Below, one piece after another: positions 13,368 through 25,967 of a stretch of DNA of 64,000 bases. The notes beneath the pieces are model-generated. The model worked only from the letters and a program-made list of their open reading frames with translations. It had not been told where the DNA came from and did not search any database. Numbering within the stretch: position 1 is the first letter of the stretch; each line of letters opens with the position of its first letter. The position numbers and the translations under genes were made by a program. Origin of the DNA: Daphnia carinata (taxonomy: Eukaryota); assembly GCF_022539665.2 (NCBI RefSeq), contig NC_081331.1, positions 2,914,001 through 2,978,000 on the forward strand, given 5' to 3'.

Positions 13368-14534
13368 CTTTTTACTCAACCTATCCCATGTTTATGGAGG
13401 AATATCATACATATATAGGGTGTTGTTTTATGTAAAACCGTTCGTGTGTGATAGCTTAGGCGGTAACGAAAGGATATAATTCTTATGTTGCATATTGTAA
13501 CCGATAAAGTAGGTGCATCGGTTTGGACTTTCTCAGTATTGATATATGACACAGTCCAGTAGTAATTTATGGCCTTTTTTTGTCAATATGCGAGCGAGAC
13601 ATAAGTATGATATCCTAAATCGTAATTTCGGTACGAGAACTGAATACTGTAGTAATTTGCTAATTAAAACTATATCATCCTTTCCTCATTTCTAATTCCA
13701 TTATTCTGCCATTAAACAATGTAACTGTAACAACTTGAAAGTAGAGAAATTAACTAAAATGTAAAATGTTGACTATGTAACAGAAATTTCACAGGTAATT
13801 CTAGTACTAGTGATTTTAAAATAATCTGTATATTTACCCTGCCTGCCATATTCGGGTCCAATCTCCCAACACAGTTTGGTGTAAATGATTCTCGAATGTG
13901 AACTATTTTCATAATAGACGAATATTTAGCGAAGTTATGATGTTGTGTCAAGTCATTAAAAGGATTTGTCAAAGTATAATACCTAAGAAATTTTAAACAA
14001 GAAACTATATTCGTGTCGCAGGTCACATCAACAATTCAATATACCTCGCCATTAACAATCATTTTCATCTACACCTCTCATCTAATTCAAGCAAAAGCTA
14101 GTGCAGATTCATGTTGCAATTTCGTGTGAATTTGAACTGGAAACCTCCAAGAGTTTTTCATGAAAAGAAGCAAGAAATCTAATAAGATAAGAAACCCGCG
14201 GGTTTGTTTCCTCACTTAGCTTGCTAATGCTTAACGAATGTACATCCGTTTGCTTCTTGTGACTCAGCGATATGATGTCTTGCTACAAGTTTTGCTTTAG
14301 TCAAGGCATACTACCCTACCTATACGACTCACATGTTGTTTTCGTTATTCTTACGTCGCAGTTTCATGAAACGATATTAATCACCGCTGGAAGATACGGT
14401 GGTGTTCTACAACCTCTATCTATCAATTGCGAAAGTCTTGAATACAAACATAGCATTGGTTAAGGAAAAAAACAGAAAAGTGCCTAATCTTCTGTAGATT
14501 CATATGATTGTAGGACGTTAAGAAAACCAACACC

Positions 14535-16775
14535 ATGGATTTAACAAAGGAAGAATTATCGAAAAAATTCGAGTTATTGGAGGATGACGTTCCTGTATGG
14601 GCTACTTCATTATTTGAAAAGGCAACGTATAATTTTTTCTCATCAAATTGACTAGAAATTTGTATAATATATCCTTAATTCACTTATATAGATGAAGGCT
14701 GAAATCTGTGCTGAAGTTCACGCTAAAGTGGCTTACAGTATGAGAATCATGCTTGATCAATTTCATGAAGATCTGAAATTGTCTTTGCAGTCACTCCAGG
14801 TGCCAATAAAAGATGATGTTTGTTTTTGCAAAGAAATTGACTCGTGCAAAGAAAAATATGCAGTGTTATGTGCATCACATCATGTGATGGCAAAAGAAGA
14901 GAAAAAACGAATTAAGAGACTGAAGAAAGAAGAAAAGAAAATCAACAAGCAGCAGAAGAATGTTAGTGAATCAGATACAGATAATGAGAAAAATACAGAG
15001 GTAAGTTTTACCACGGTAAACCTTCCAGTACCTGCACAGAAGTATGATCCAACAAAGGCACCGCCAGTGCCTCCCAGAAAGACAAGCCCAAAGAAGACTT
15101 CTGTTACTTCTCCTGTTTCCTCTCCTTCTGATGTCCTGAGTCAGCTAAATGACGATATTGCACGTAACACGGAACTGCTAGCACATATTACAGATGGGTT
15201 AAATATGGATCGACAAGAACTTATAAATGGATCTGTAGGAACGTTGAATATTGAAGAGCATACTTTCGAACTCCAGATGTCAACAGAAGGCCAGTATGAG
15301 TTTGCCATGCCACAAGGAGAAACAAAAGAAAGCTTGAAGGAAGAAAAACTGAAGAATGAGCGAAATCCCGTCACCGAAGCCGTTGAAACTGTATTCAGTC
15401 CATCAGACAGCGAATTCGAGGTGATTTCAATGCCACACAACATTAGAGCGGGCTCGGAGTACACTCCACGTAAGTAACCATGCACGACTGCTTTGACGAC
15501 ATGTGTAACGAATGGTTTGTGGATTTTATTAAGTGCCAGGGGACACGTCTGCATTGATGTCGGACTATGATGATAGCAGCAGTGACGGTTTTAATTCTGA
15601 AACCGAGCATGAATTTAAAGGTACAAAAAGTTTAATTAGAATTCATTATGTCTACTTTAGCTGATAATTAACTAATTATTATGTCAATTTAAATAATTGT
15701 GTCTACTTTAACAGATAACAAACTATTAATTAACTGATTCAGCTAAATACTGAAATTAGCACCTGATCAGGTTATTTGTTTTACTTTTTAATACAGACTG
15801 CAAACAGCCATCACCTGATGTTTTCAACAATCTTCAACCAAGTGGCTCGCTGTATCCAGAATTGGAGCTTAAAAAGATGTCGCTTTCACTCATGTCGTCA
15901 ACGACATCTACACTTTTAGATGGTTACGTGCCCTCGTCCTCAACCGATGGTGCCGTAGCGCTGAAATCAACGGTCATAGAAATCGAACGAGAAAGGGCAC
16001 CGTATAGCGTACCACCAGAAGGTTGCTACAGTTCTTGTATCCATCTGTTTGTAAGTTCTACACGGTGTGAATCTTCGTTTTGCAGATGTGGAAAAAATTA
16101 ACAGCCAGGAAATAGTTCACAACCAGCCGCTGCCATCAGAGTTCCTGCGTGATCGTAAGCCATACACCCATGTTCCGTTAGAAGAGCCAAAACAACCACC
16201 ACCTCAATCTCCGCAACAACAAACACAAGTCCCAAAAGTTTCTCGACCGTCTCAGCAAAATCAACGAGATTCAACTTATCGTGTAGATAACATCCCAGAA
16301 TCTTTTTGGGATGAAGCGATGACTGTTGCTGCTCACACGTAAACTCGTTCAGTTTTATAATATCCGCAATTTGCTTACCCGTTGTTTTTTGTTTAGTTAT
16401 AATGCAGCTAAATCAGCTGTTGGAACCTTGGCCGACACATTCGTCCCTGTATGATATATCCAGTTTTATTAGCACAGTCTAAGAATGAATGACTAATATC
16501 GACAAAATATTTAATAAAATAAGAATTTTTGATTTCTCCATGCTAATAAGTAACCGTCTTTAAATTCGCAGGGTGTTGCTGCCCAGGGTGTTTCGTCAAG
16601 CCCGCAGCCCAGAAACAGCCCAGTTCGGATCCAGCCAGCATACCGCGTGGAGATGGCTGAAAAAGAACAGAAGCTATTCGAAATGGGTTTTCTCGACCAT
16701 GGTCTCAATGCCACTCTATTAGTACGTCACAATGGCGACATGGATCGAGTTATCGCTGAGCTGATCGAACCGTGA
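14535..16775 (+). CDS. NBR1-like ubiquitin-binding protein (coiled coil, LIR motif, amphipathic helix, C-terminal UBA), 7 coding exons, ~561 aa
   Basis: Exons: 14535-14621, 14692-15469, 15534(or 15540)-15620, 15797-16021, 16086-16338, 16397-16448, 16572-16775; total 1686 nt, in phase. The C-terminal KLFEMGFLDHGLNATLLVRHNGDMDRVIAEL is an NBR1-type UBA with the MGF loop. SDSEFEVISMP is an acidic FxxI LIR. VPVWATSLFEKMKAEICAEV resembles the NBR1 PxW helical segment. Confidence 0.8.
15648..15742 (+). repeat. Short degenerate tandem duplication (~61 bp period) in intron 3 of the NBR1-like gene
   Basis: TGTCTACTTTAGCTGATAATTAACTAATTATT at ~15649 versus TGTCTACTTTAACAGATAACAAACTATTAATT at ~15710. 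Confidence 0.55.
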
Positions 16776-18636
16776 TTTTCGCCAGCGAACAATATTTTAA
16801 GTCTTTGCACTTTGTAATACCTTTAACAGTTCTATGTTCTTTCCTTTTTTCCATCATTTGGTACTTCAATGGTAGGGCTTATTTACGGAAGAGGGGATGA
16901 TATCCTACGGTGGCAGTGTTCCAGAGAATCCTAAAACTGCAATTTCAATTTAAAAAATATTCTTTTAAGAGATGGTACGTGATGTGATAGCTTGCAAAAA
17001 AAAAAGGAAAAAAATCCAGTCCAAGAATCAGTTTTTGTGATTTTCTTTGAATAGACGTAAATGGGTAAGCGCGAATTTTGGCTTGCACCTTCTTTAATCC
17101 TTTGGCATACATCACCTTCTGTTGGCGTAGAATAGTCACCTTTATGTAATCGACAAATTCGTGATTCTAAAAATACAAACGTTACTTCAAAACATAAAAT
17201 CGGAATAACAAGAAGGAGAATGTTCATTTTTTCTTTCCGCGTACTAAAAATATATTGACAGATTTCTCTGGATGCGTCAGTTCCAGGACTATGTTTCTCT
17301 TTTTTAAATCTGAGTTGATGCATTTTTGCTGAGAGGAGGGCTGGCGGGCAACACACACACGCACACAAAAAGTTATATATAACACGCACTAAACTCAGAA
17401 TTAATTTTTTTCCGAGGGGGGATGAGGTGGGGCTGGCGCAATCTGCCAAATACACAGCGAGAGAAAAGGCAACACGTCAACGTGAAAACGATAGAGGATC
17501 ATATTAAGAAGCTGAGAGAGATACAAAGATACACCAAATCAATTGTTTTCGAGGTGATAAGGCACACACGGTAAATTCAACAACAACAAAAAAGTGCGCG
17601 CAAAATAATTTGGTTTTTTTTCGGGTTTCGCTCTCATAATCCACTCTACCGGTTTCTCCGAGCCTACAGGTATACAAAAGCTCTATCTCGCATGTATTTC
17701 CATTTTGAGTTTGAGCAATAGTTGCCGCCAAATCCATTCCATCACCCCCTCATCCACATTCGCACAACGCACAGACAAAGGATATTATGATTATTCCAAC
17801 GAAACGGTTGATTTTTGTGCCTCGAAAGACAACAAAGAATGGGCCAGCTTAGTGTTTCTCTCTAGGAATATTCTACAAGACGAGAAAAAAAATCAACATA
17901 GGAAAATGGCACTAAATTATGTTTGAAACCACAAATTATTTCTAAGTAACTGCGCATATTTTGTAAAGAATGCTCGGACGATAGCCTCCTTTCCTTCAGC
18001 TTTTAAACCCAAAAGAAACACCAACGACCTGAAGTAACTCTATATACCATTACGCAATTTACTACAACTCTATCTGGTGTAACCTCAGACGCAAAAAATT
18101 TGGGGCGGTGGGGAAAAAAGTGATACTGGAACTTCAGGACAGAAGAATGAAGGGCACGGACCGACTGCAAGGAGTGGAACAACGAATTTTTTTAAAGGGA
18201 AATGGCCTCTCTCGCGACCGGGGACTTGCTCAAAACTCGAACGAGTTTCAAGGGCCGTGCGTGCGATTTTGTGCTATTTAAAATAAATTTGTCGATTGAA
18301 TTCTAAATGCAAAAAAAGAGATGAAGAGGATGAAAAACAGGAGAATAGCATTAAAACACAGAAAAAAAAAAAATAATTTTGGACTACTTATATCCGATGC
18401 GATCCGCTCGGGAGGGGGAAATTCAAATTGACCTAAATGTGCGTCTCTTCCTCTATCGGCGTGCTTTTCATCTCGAGTTGTACTAATTGGTTGTAGGATG
18501 TCGACACTGTCATGGAGACTCGGAACCGGAGAGTAGAGCGTTACTTGACTTTCCTTTTGTCTTCTTCTCGTCTTTTGTACTACTACTGCTGTCTGCTGCT
18601 GCGTTGGCTGCTTCTACTCAGAACTCTTTTTTGTTT

Positions 18637-21600
18637 TTATTTCCACGGTCTACCTCGTTCTCGCTCCATGCGGCTTATGGCCGTATCGACCAGCAAGTAG
18701 AGACACTCGAACTTGTCTCGCTCGTCGGGAGGCGTCGGTGGCGGAGTCACGTGGCTGCTGCTGTGCGGAGCAAATTTGAGGTTGCGCGGGTAACAACGTT
18801 GACAGGGTCCGTAGGTCGGCTCGACGTGAACAGGCGTCCAAGTGTCGCGCGAGCTCGTCGATGACTCGGCGCAACTCTCTGTCCGAGTACAATATTGTTT
18901 GTCATCGTCATCTTCTTCCATCGTTTCTTCGCCATCGTCCTGTTTCTTATTCGACTTTTGCTGCTCCTCTCGGAACCAGCGCGATATTTCGCATAGAGAT
19001 TCCTATAGCATAAAATGTATTAATCGATCGTTATCGTTTGAAAATAAAAAAATCTGTGTTTACCATTTGAGTTTGGGCTTTTCTGACTACGTAATTTTCA
19101 CGGTGTTCCACTTCCTCGTCACCGCAACCGCACGGGCAAACCACAGCTGGAGAAGAACAGGGTGTCGGTGACGTTGGCTGCATCGTCTGTCCCGATCGGC
19201 CTGTATTTTTTTTTTACCCACAAAAAAGGAAAATAAAAACATGTTTAGCCAAAACTTGATGATGAAAACAGACAAGAGTATAAATGTATATCTTTACGTT
19301 TGGCACTGGCTGTGTGGGACGGATGGTGATGATGTGTTTCCAGCTCGGCATTCTCCACCTCTAATTCGACACCAAAGCCGCTGGACGGGTGATCTTCAAA
19401 GTAATCATGGTCGCCACAGCTCTGTGACTCGGGTGACCAATCTCCACCCGCACCACCCCCACTACTACTCTGACCAATTGAAGCAACACCATCGCTACCG
19501 ATGCCACGTTGCTCCCTGTGAGATTCAACATCGTGTTCATTTTCATTCTCCTGCTCTGACCAGCTGGACGAAGTTGGTGGCCGTTTAGTCGGGCTTCCGC
19601 CCTGTTTCTTTCCTCGCCGAGAGATGGTATAGCGTTGTGGATCGTTGCCTTCACGTCGAATCAATTCGGGCAACACTCGCCTCCGAGCGTTAATAAACCA
19701 ATTGCAAACCTGCATTTTTAAATGGGAAAAAATTGACATTAAAATTGTACGACAAAGACTAACATTGTGAAAGAGGTTATTTTACTTGGAGCACAGTAAG
19801 GCCGGCTTCTTTGGCGAGGATAGCTTTCTCATTGTCGCTAGGGTAGGCATTGTAACGGTGATCGTAGAGCCATTTCTTGAGGAGTCGGACGGACTCTTTA
19901 GGCAGGTTTCCTCTTCGGCGTTTGTCGGCGGCGGCTTGCTGCCTGGAACGGTGATGCATGGAAGCCCGTGAGCCAGAGCCGCTGGCACCCGCTGGTCCAG
20001 CTTCGGACGTCTCTTCGCCTCCAGACAAGACGGAATCCATTGCGCATCCGTAATCTTCGCCGTCCGACGACGAGTGTTCCACATCTTCCGTCGAACGGCG
20101 CCTCTCTCGATCTATAAAAGAGTGAAACGCAAAATTTTGTTTTTAGAAAAATTGCAGATATCACAAATACGAAAGTCTGTAACAATAACAAGTCAGATAA
20201 AGAAAAAGAAAGGGGGGGGGGAAGAATAAGCGAGATATCTTTTTACACGGTTGGTGGGCTTCCAACCTCGTGACACTAGACGCCATCTCTGATTTGATAA
20301 ATGAAACTCAGGCAGTTAAGTGGGAAACCTGTCAAAGTTATACCACGGAGGTTGGTTAGCTCGGCTATTTTCAGTCCCGAGACCCCCATCATCAAATTCA
20401 ACTCACTAAAATGGTATGGAAAAGTGGTAGCGAGCACAACACTAGAGAAAGTCAGACACGGGGCGTACGTTAGACAGAAAGACAAATCGGTAGGAAATTC
20501 CAAACAAATCACAAAACAACAATCCCAACAGGCAAATAAAAGTTTTTTTTTTTTGCTCAACAACAAAATGTTTTTGGAAAGTGCACGGACTCCGTCAACG
20601 ATATTCACCGTTGTGATTTTCATCCCAACAGCGCCACCTTTTGCTGGACATTATATGCGGCGTGTGATGGAAATGTCAGACTGAATGACGATCGCTCGAA
20701 TTTCACTGTCTGCGTAAAAACTACACACACACACACGCAAACCTGGTCGTGCTCTTCTTCCTTCCTTGGGACAACAAGAAAAAAAAGGAGTAAGTTGCAA
20801 TATGGAGGCGCACGGGAGCGCTTTAGTCGAAGCTCACTGACCGAAATGACGTCACGAGCGGTCGGGATCGTCTTCCACACACACACACAAAAACGAGCAA
20901 CTACAGCTCGTCCAAGCCCGGGTGCACGCACCACCATCTTTCGACCTGGACTCGAGCCCAATTCGAGCTCAGAGTAGCACAACCCAAAAATAATTCGGCC
21001 ATTTTCTACTACCTCTCATTTTCTTTCCCATCCCCCCTTTTTTCAACTTCTAAAACGTCAACCTGTCTTCTCTATATTCCACCAATCCAAAAATCCCCCC
21101 TCCCCCCGTTTAGCGGTTGAAATCGTGACTGGGCTTAGGAAAATGTTCTCAATTTTCAAAACGGGAGGAGGGCGAAATCTAAGTAAAGATGTGTGTGCCT
21201 CCAGGGCATTAGAGCAACAACAAAAGCAGTGCAAATCACCAAAGCAAAGAGAAATTTTTCCCTTTTCGAAAGCGAAACAACCCAACCAGCCATCGACGAT
21301 GACTTTTAAAGAAGAAAAAGTACTTTTTTTCTCGACTAGGCAATGACCCACATCGTGGCCGTTACGTCACAGCGTGTGCTTTTCTCTCCGCAAACAAAGC
21401 AACGCGCCAAGGTCGATCTGTCACTAGAAACTTTTTTTTTTTGACAGTTGCAAATGACTAAAATTTCCAAAAGCAACGTCGATAAGCTCGAATGAAGACA
21501 AACGTTGGGCTATCGAGCACCTTTTAAAGGCTTTATTTTTCTTTTATACACAATCTCTCACGGGAGAGAGTTAATGAAACGAGTTCCTAGATATTTCTGA

Positions 21601-21920
21601 AGGGGGACTCAACTTGTTTGCAACTCGAAGGCCACGTGTTTTACTACTCGAAACTAGATTCCACGAACTGAAAAAACACATACACAATACAGCAACTAGT
21701 CTCGAATAAACTGTCAAATAACTGTACTGTCGAAACTAGGTCGACAAATTTTGACAATTGAGTAAGCCTATGTTGTACTTGTCACCACGTGGGCGCCATT
21801 ACAAGACAAGAGAGCACACAGCCACATGCATTTTCGACACACACACAAAAAACGAGGGAACACCACACTCACTCGGTGGGAGACGAGTCAAAGAAAGAAC
21901 TTACCATTGAGTCTGAGCAT
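18637..21920 (-). CDS. TGIF: TGIF-family TALE homeodomain transcriptional regulator (achintya/vismay-like), ~418 aa
   Basis: Exons: 21920-21905 (MLRLN, G|GTAAGT; less certain), 20111-19786, 19709-19298, 19200-19064, 19002-18637; all in phase. TALE homeodomain [33 protein letters not shown]...[37 protein letters not shown]-terminal [21 protein letters not shown] resembles the TGIF Sin3-interacting segment. Confidence 0.95.
20743..20854 (-). promoter_or_regulatory. Candidate alternative promoter and non-coding first exon of TGIF
   Basis: CRE palindrome TGACGTCA (20847-20854), then Inr-like TCAGT (~20839-20835) on the minus strand, an ATG-free ~95 nt stretch and the donor CAG|GTTTGC at 20743/20742. 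Confidence 0.4.
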
Positions 21921-22097
21921 TCTTGACGTGTGTACCAATTGGTAAGTAGTAATCCTGTTTCGCGATGTTTCCCCTGGTTAAAAACGCCGTGCTATGTGAG
22001 AATAAGACAATATCAACGACACAACGTCATTGGAAAGTGGCGAACAAACGACGAAGACGAGACATTGGAGGCACTTTCAGTCACGTTGGCCATGCGT

Positions 22098-22112
22098 TTC
22101 AAACTGACAAGT
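22098..22112 (-). promoter_or_regulatory. Initiator-like element, candidate main TSS of TGIF
   Basis: The minus strand reads TTGTCAGTTTGAA (arthropod Inr TCAGTT) ~185 nt upstream of the ATG at 21920. Confidence 0.4.
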
Positions 22113-25100
22113 CTACACTCTTCCCTCTAGGGCCCTTCTCTCTTTCTCTCTCTTCTCCTAACCCCCTCTTGCTTTGGCTACTATGAAGCTTGCATTGGAA
22201 GGGAGACTACGAAATCTATTTAGGAAGGCCCGCCCGTGGTATCGGCTTGGCGCTTTGGCGCGCTGTCAAAAACTAAACGCCATCTAACGGGTGAAATTTT
22301 CATAAACCATATGAATTTTTCTTCATATCAGATCGAATGTCGCAACCACGTTATCGATCAATCTTGTTGTTGAATACCACACATGTGTCTCTTTATATTC
22401 TTTTGTCACGAGTTTCAGATGTATTTTCAGGAAGGAAAATAAAATATATCATTGCAGGTGGCGTTAGTTGCCTACCACCAAGCAGGCCTTTTCCTACGGC
22501 GCAACTCACGTCGATACTAGAACATGTAATATACTAACGGTTCTCTTTCCTGGTGTCGCAGGACGGCCCCGAAATGAGAGAGATTTACTGTTCGGGACTG
22601 TTGATCGAAGTCGACCCGCGGTTTTTCCTTTCACGCTTGCTACACGAGTTTCTATCTGTCGCAGAAGAATTTTTCCGTACGTGCCAAAACGGCCTATACA
22701 TCCAGGCTATGTTTATCCGAGGCCTACTTTCGATTCCGTTATCCCTTTCTCCTGTGCTGCTCTGCCTAGCGACTCGCATTGTCAAGTACATACGGCCTCC
22801 CATCTCCAAGACGTGAGTAGGATGATGACGTTGCGTTGTTTACGGTTGTCAAGATCGTGGCAAAGTCCCGTACAACTATTAGACTACTTTCTTCGAACAT
22901 AAAGCTTTTTTGGAGGACTTATCGCCTCGGAGATGATGCTAGAAGCAACGTCATCACCAACGAAACTGCATAGCAATTGAAACAATCTGAAGAAGAGAAA
23001 AAGAAAAGGAGCGCGCGGGAACTGCGCTACTCTTATGCTGGCCCAGGGAAACGAGGTTACTACGAACAACATGGTTAAGAGTTTTCAGCTTTATTGTTGG
23101 TGACGTCGCACGTCTAACGTTAGTGTTTTGGGTATCCAGGCACACGAGAAGATAGAAATTGACCTAGACACGGTGAACGCAATTTCTCTCTCTACGTTCT
23201 TTTTATCTGGCGAGTGTCGCTATATAGCCAGCTGGTGTTCCACTCACCGACTTCCATTTAAGGCAAAGGAATAAACGAAAATATCTTTGTGGACAAGCGA
23301 GTCGCAAAGCGAAAAGTTGTCGAAACAAAAAAAGGAGGACTGTGTAAATATATTTTTAATACTCGGCCAGCTTTTGACGGCTGTCCAGTTAGGGGCAGCC
23401 AAGCAATCAAACCTTGCATCGTTCACGCACGCAGTTACCGACATGCACGAAATGTCAACGCGACGTATTTTAGGCACTGAGCCCCGCCTTTTATTTACAT
23501 ATTTTACCTGGGATTTGACTAAAAAAAGAATTCCTTGTTTCGATTGCGTCACAAAAGTCGATCTCACATGACGTCTCTCTATTGAACCGCATTTCTTTTG
23601 TTTTTATAATGAAAACAGCTGACGTCTATCGGCAAGCGCACGCGTTCCTGTGCCTTCTCGCCGTGGATGTCGGAAATAGTTTGTTCAATTTTTTTTTTGG
23701 CATCATGTCTGGCACGGCGATTCAACGTCCAGACCCGATGGAAGCATCACGTGAAAGTAAAGCGCGCGGGATCTTTCTCCCTCCCGGTGGAACCGAAACC
23801 GACGTCGAGGACTTTTGCCGCACCTATTAATAGCTTCGTGAGCGGTCGTCCTTTCTTCTCTCGCTTGTATAAGATACTCCTTTCAAACGTGTATGAACGG
23901 AGATAGAAAGGATTTTTGTTTTCCTGCCTAGGGAAAATGGGGAGGGACTTTTAAAACACACGAGACATTAAAGACGAAAAAAAGGAGCGCAGATACTGCG
24001 TGCAAACAGCAGCCTCCAATTTCGTTGTTGTTGTGTTTTGTTTTAAATTTTTCTTACATTTTCCAACGCTCTTATTTGGCAGCAGCCTAGAGGTAGAACA
24101 AACTTTCGCTGCGTGACTTGTGGCATGAAAGGAGGAGGCAGTGGACGGAAATATTCTTCTGCTTCTCGGCTGCTGAGATGTCAAACGCGTCACGTGCTCT
24201 ATGCCGCTCACGCGCTTGTTTTTTTCTTTCTTTTAAATCTTTTTTTTTTAGACGATAGGGAAAAAAGGAAAAAAGGAAAGAAAAGAAAGACTTTGGATCC
24301 TGTGGTTTCTTGACTTTTCTCTCTCTCTCATTTTCCCAATTTCTTTTAGTGAAAATGATGGTAGATAATAATGTACAACACACGCGATTCATGTATCGCA
24401 CGGACGAGTCACGTCAAGTTAAAAAAAAAATACGAGATAGCGGAATATACAAAAATTCAGGACGGAGGTTGAATCCAAAAGAATATAAGAAAAAGGGAAA
24501 AAAAGTGGATAACAAGATGATTAGACATCCAAAAGATGGGCCAAGTCTACATAAGCCAACACGTCACGAATGTCAACAACCTAGTGCTTGAATTCAGAGT
24601 GCATTCGGCAAATTTTCCTGCCGCCCCATTCCAACTAGAAAGGGGAAAAAAAAACTAAACTTTTGTAGGTAACATCTGTGACCTTTTTTGCATCGTCGTA
24701 GAATGACAAGTGAATTTGAGAATCTGTTTACTATCGGCTGGAAGTAAAACAGAAGGAAAAGAAAAAAAAAACGCGAGGGGAGTGGACGTAACGTGACTTT
24801 GAATGGATACCCAAGAAAAAGAGAGAGCCCAAAGGTTATTACGTTCGACAAGCATAGCTCATGCACTTTCCCGTCTCCGCTTATTTCTAGTTTTCTCGCT
24901 GCGTTGAACGTGAGCAAAAGGGCGTCGAGAAGTATAATTAAGTAACGGGCGATCAAGGACGCAATAGGCGTAGCCTACCCGTTGCTTTTTTTGTTTGTTG
25001 TATCGTTCGTTATCGCTATGCGCAGGACTTAGTACATGGCCCGTCCGTCAGGAAAAACCCTGACGTTCCGTTAAACGGCACATGATGATTTTTCGTTCCA

Positions 25101-25967
25101 TTCGTGGCTTCCGTCAACGATTGCACATGTGTGCGCCAAAGGTGTTATCTACCTCTGGGGGCCATGTCGTACAGTCCGTCGCTTAAGGCAACGGGTCGTG
25201 AGAGAGAGGGGATTTTCCTTGCGGAACAAAACAGAAATGGTCGCGTAAAAAGCAAAGAGAATAGTCAGTTCCGGAACGTGATTTTTGATGACACCTAATA
25301 TTGCAAAGAGTCTTAAGTATTTGTTGACAGATTATATCGGATTTCTAAGTTGGGCTCGATTTCAACCGTATGCCTCCCTTCACTAAGGATTTGCGGTCCA
25401 TGTGAACGTAATTGAAGGACACGGTTCCCAATATCTTTCGAAACATACTTTTTTTACGCAATAGTAATCATTATGATCACCTCGACCTAGAACAATCGTG
25501 AATCGTCTTTGAAGTTAGCGCTATCACCGCTAGATTGCAGCACTTATTATTCAGGGGCTCCATTCACGGAGGGGTAAAAGAAAGTAATAATAATTAGAAG
25601 ACATTATGACGGTTCGAGGCTATTTTGAAAGAGCGACAACAAGAATGCATAAAACAGTTGGCAGTTGCCACTGCACGGAATTCCGCAGCACCACGACATC
25701 TAAGAGCGGAAGTGAAATGTTGGCGGAAACCATCACCGTGACGTACAAAAAGATGAAACGGCAAACAAGATTTAAAAAACAAACAACTGACTTGGAATAA
25801 ACTCTGGTGCCATGTTGAGCGAGAGTTATTATTGCATCATAGTTCCACTTGCTTCAAAAAAAAAAAAAAAAAAAAAAATAAAGTAATGAAATAAAATGTA
25901 CCTCATTGATTTGATTGGGGTTTCCGGAATGGGAATCACAGGTATGTAGGGCAACTCGAATGGCCGT

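Noticed and set aside
15240..15315. Superficial similarity of ELQMSTEGQYEFAM to the acidic part of a PB1 domain
   Set aside because: Internal position in a low-complexity region and no remaining PB1 fold; likely coincidence.
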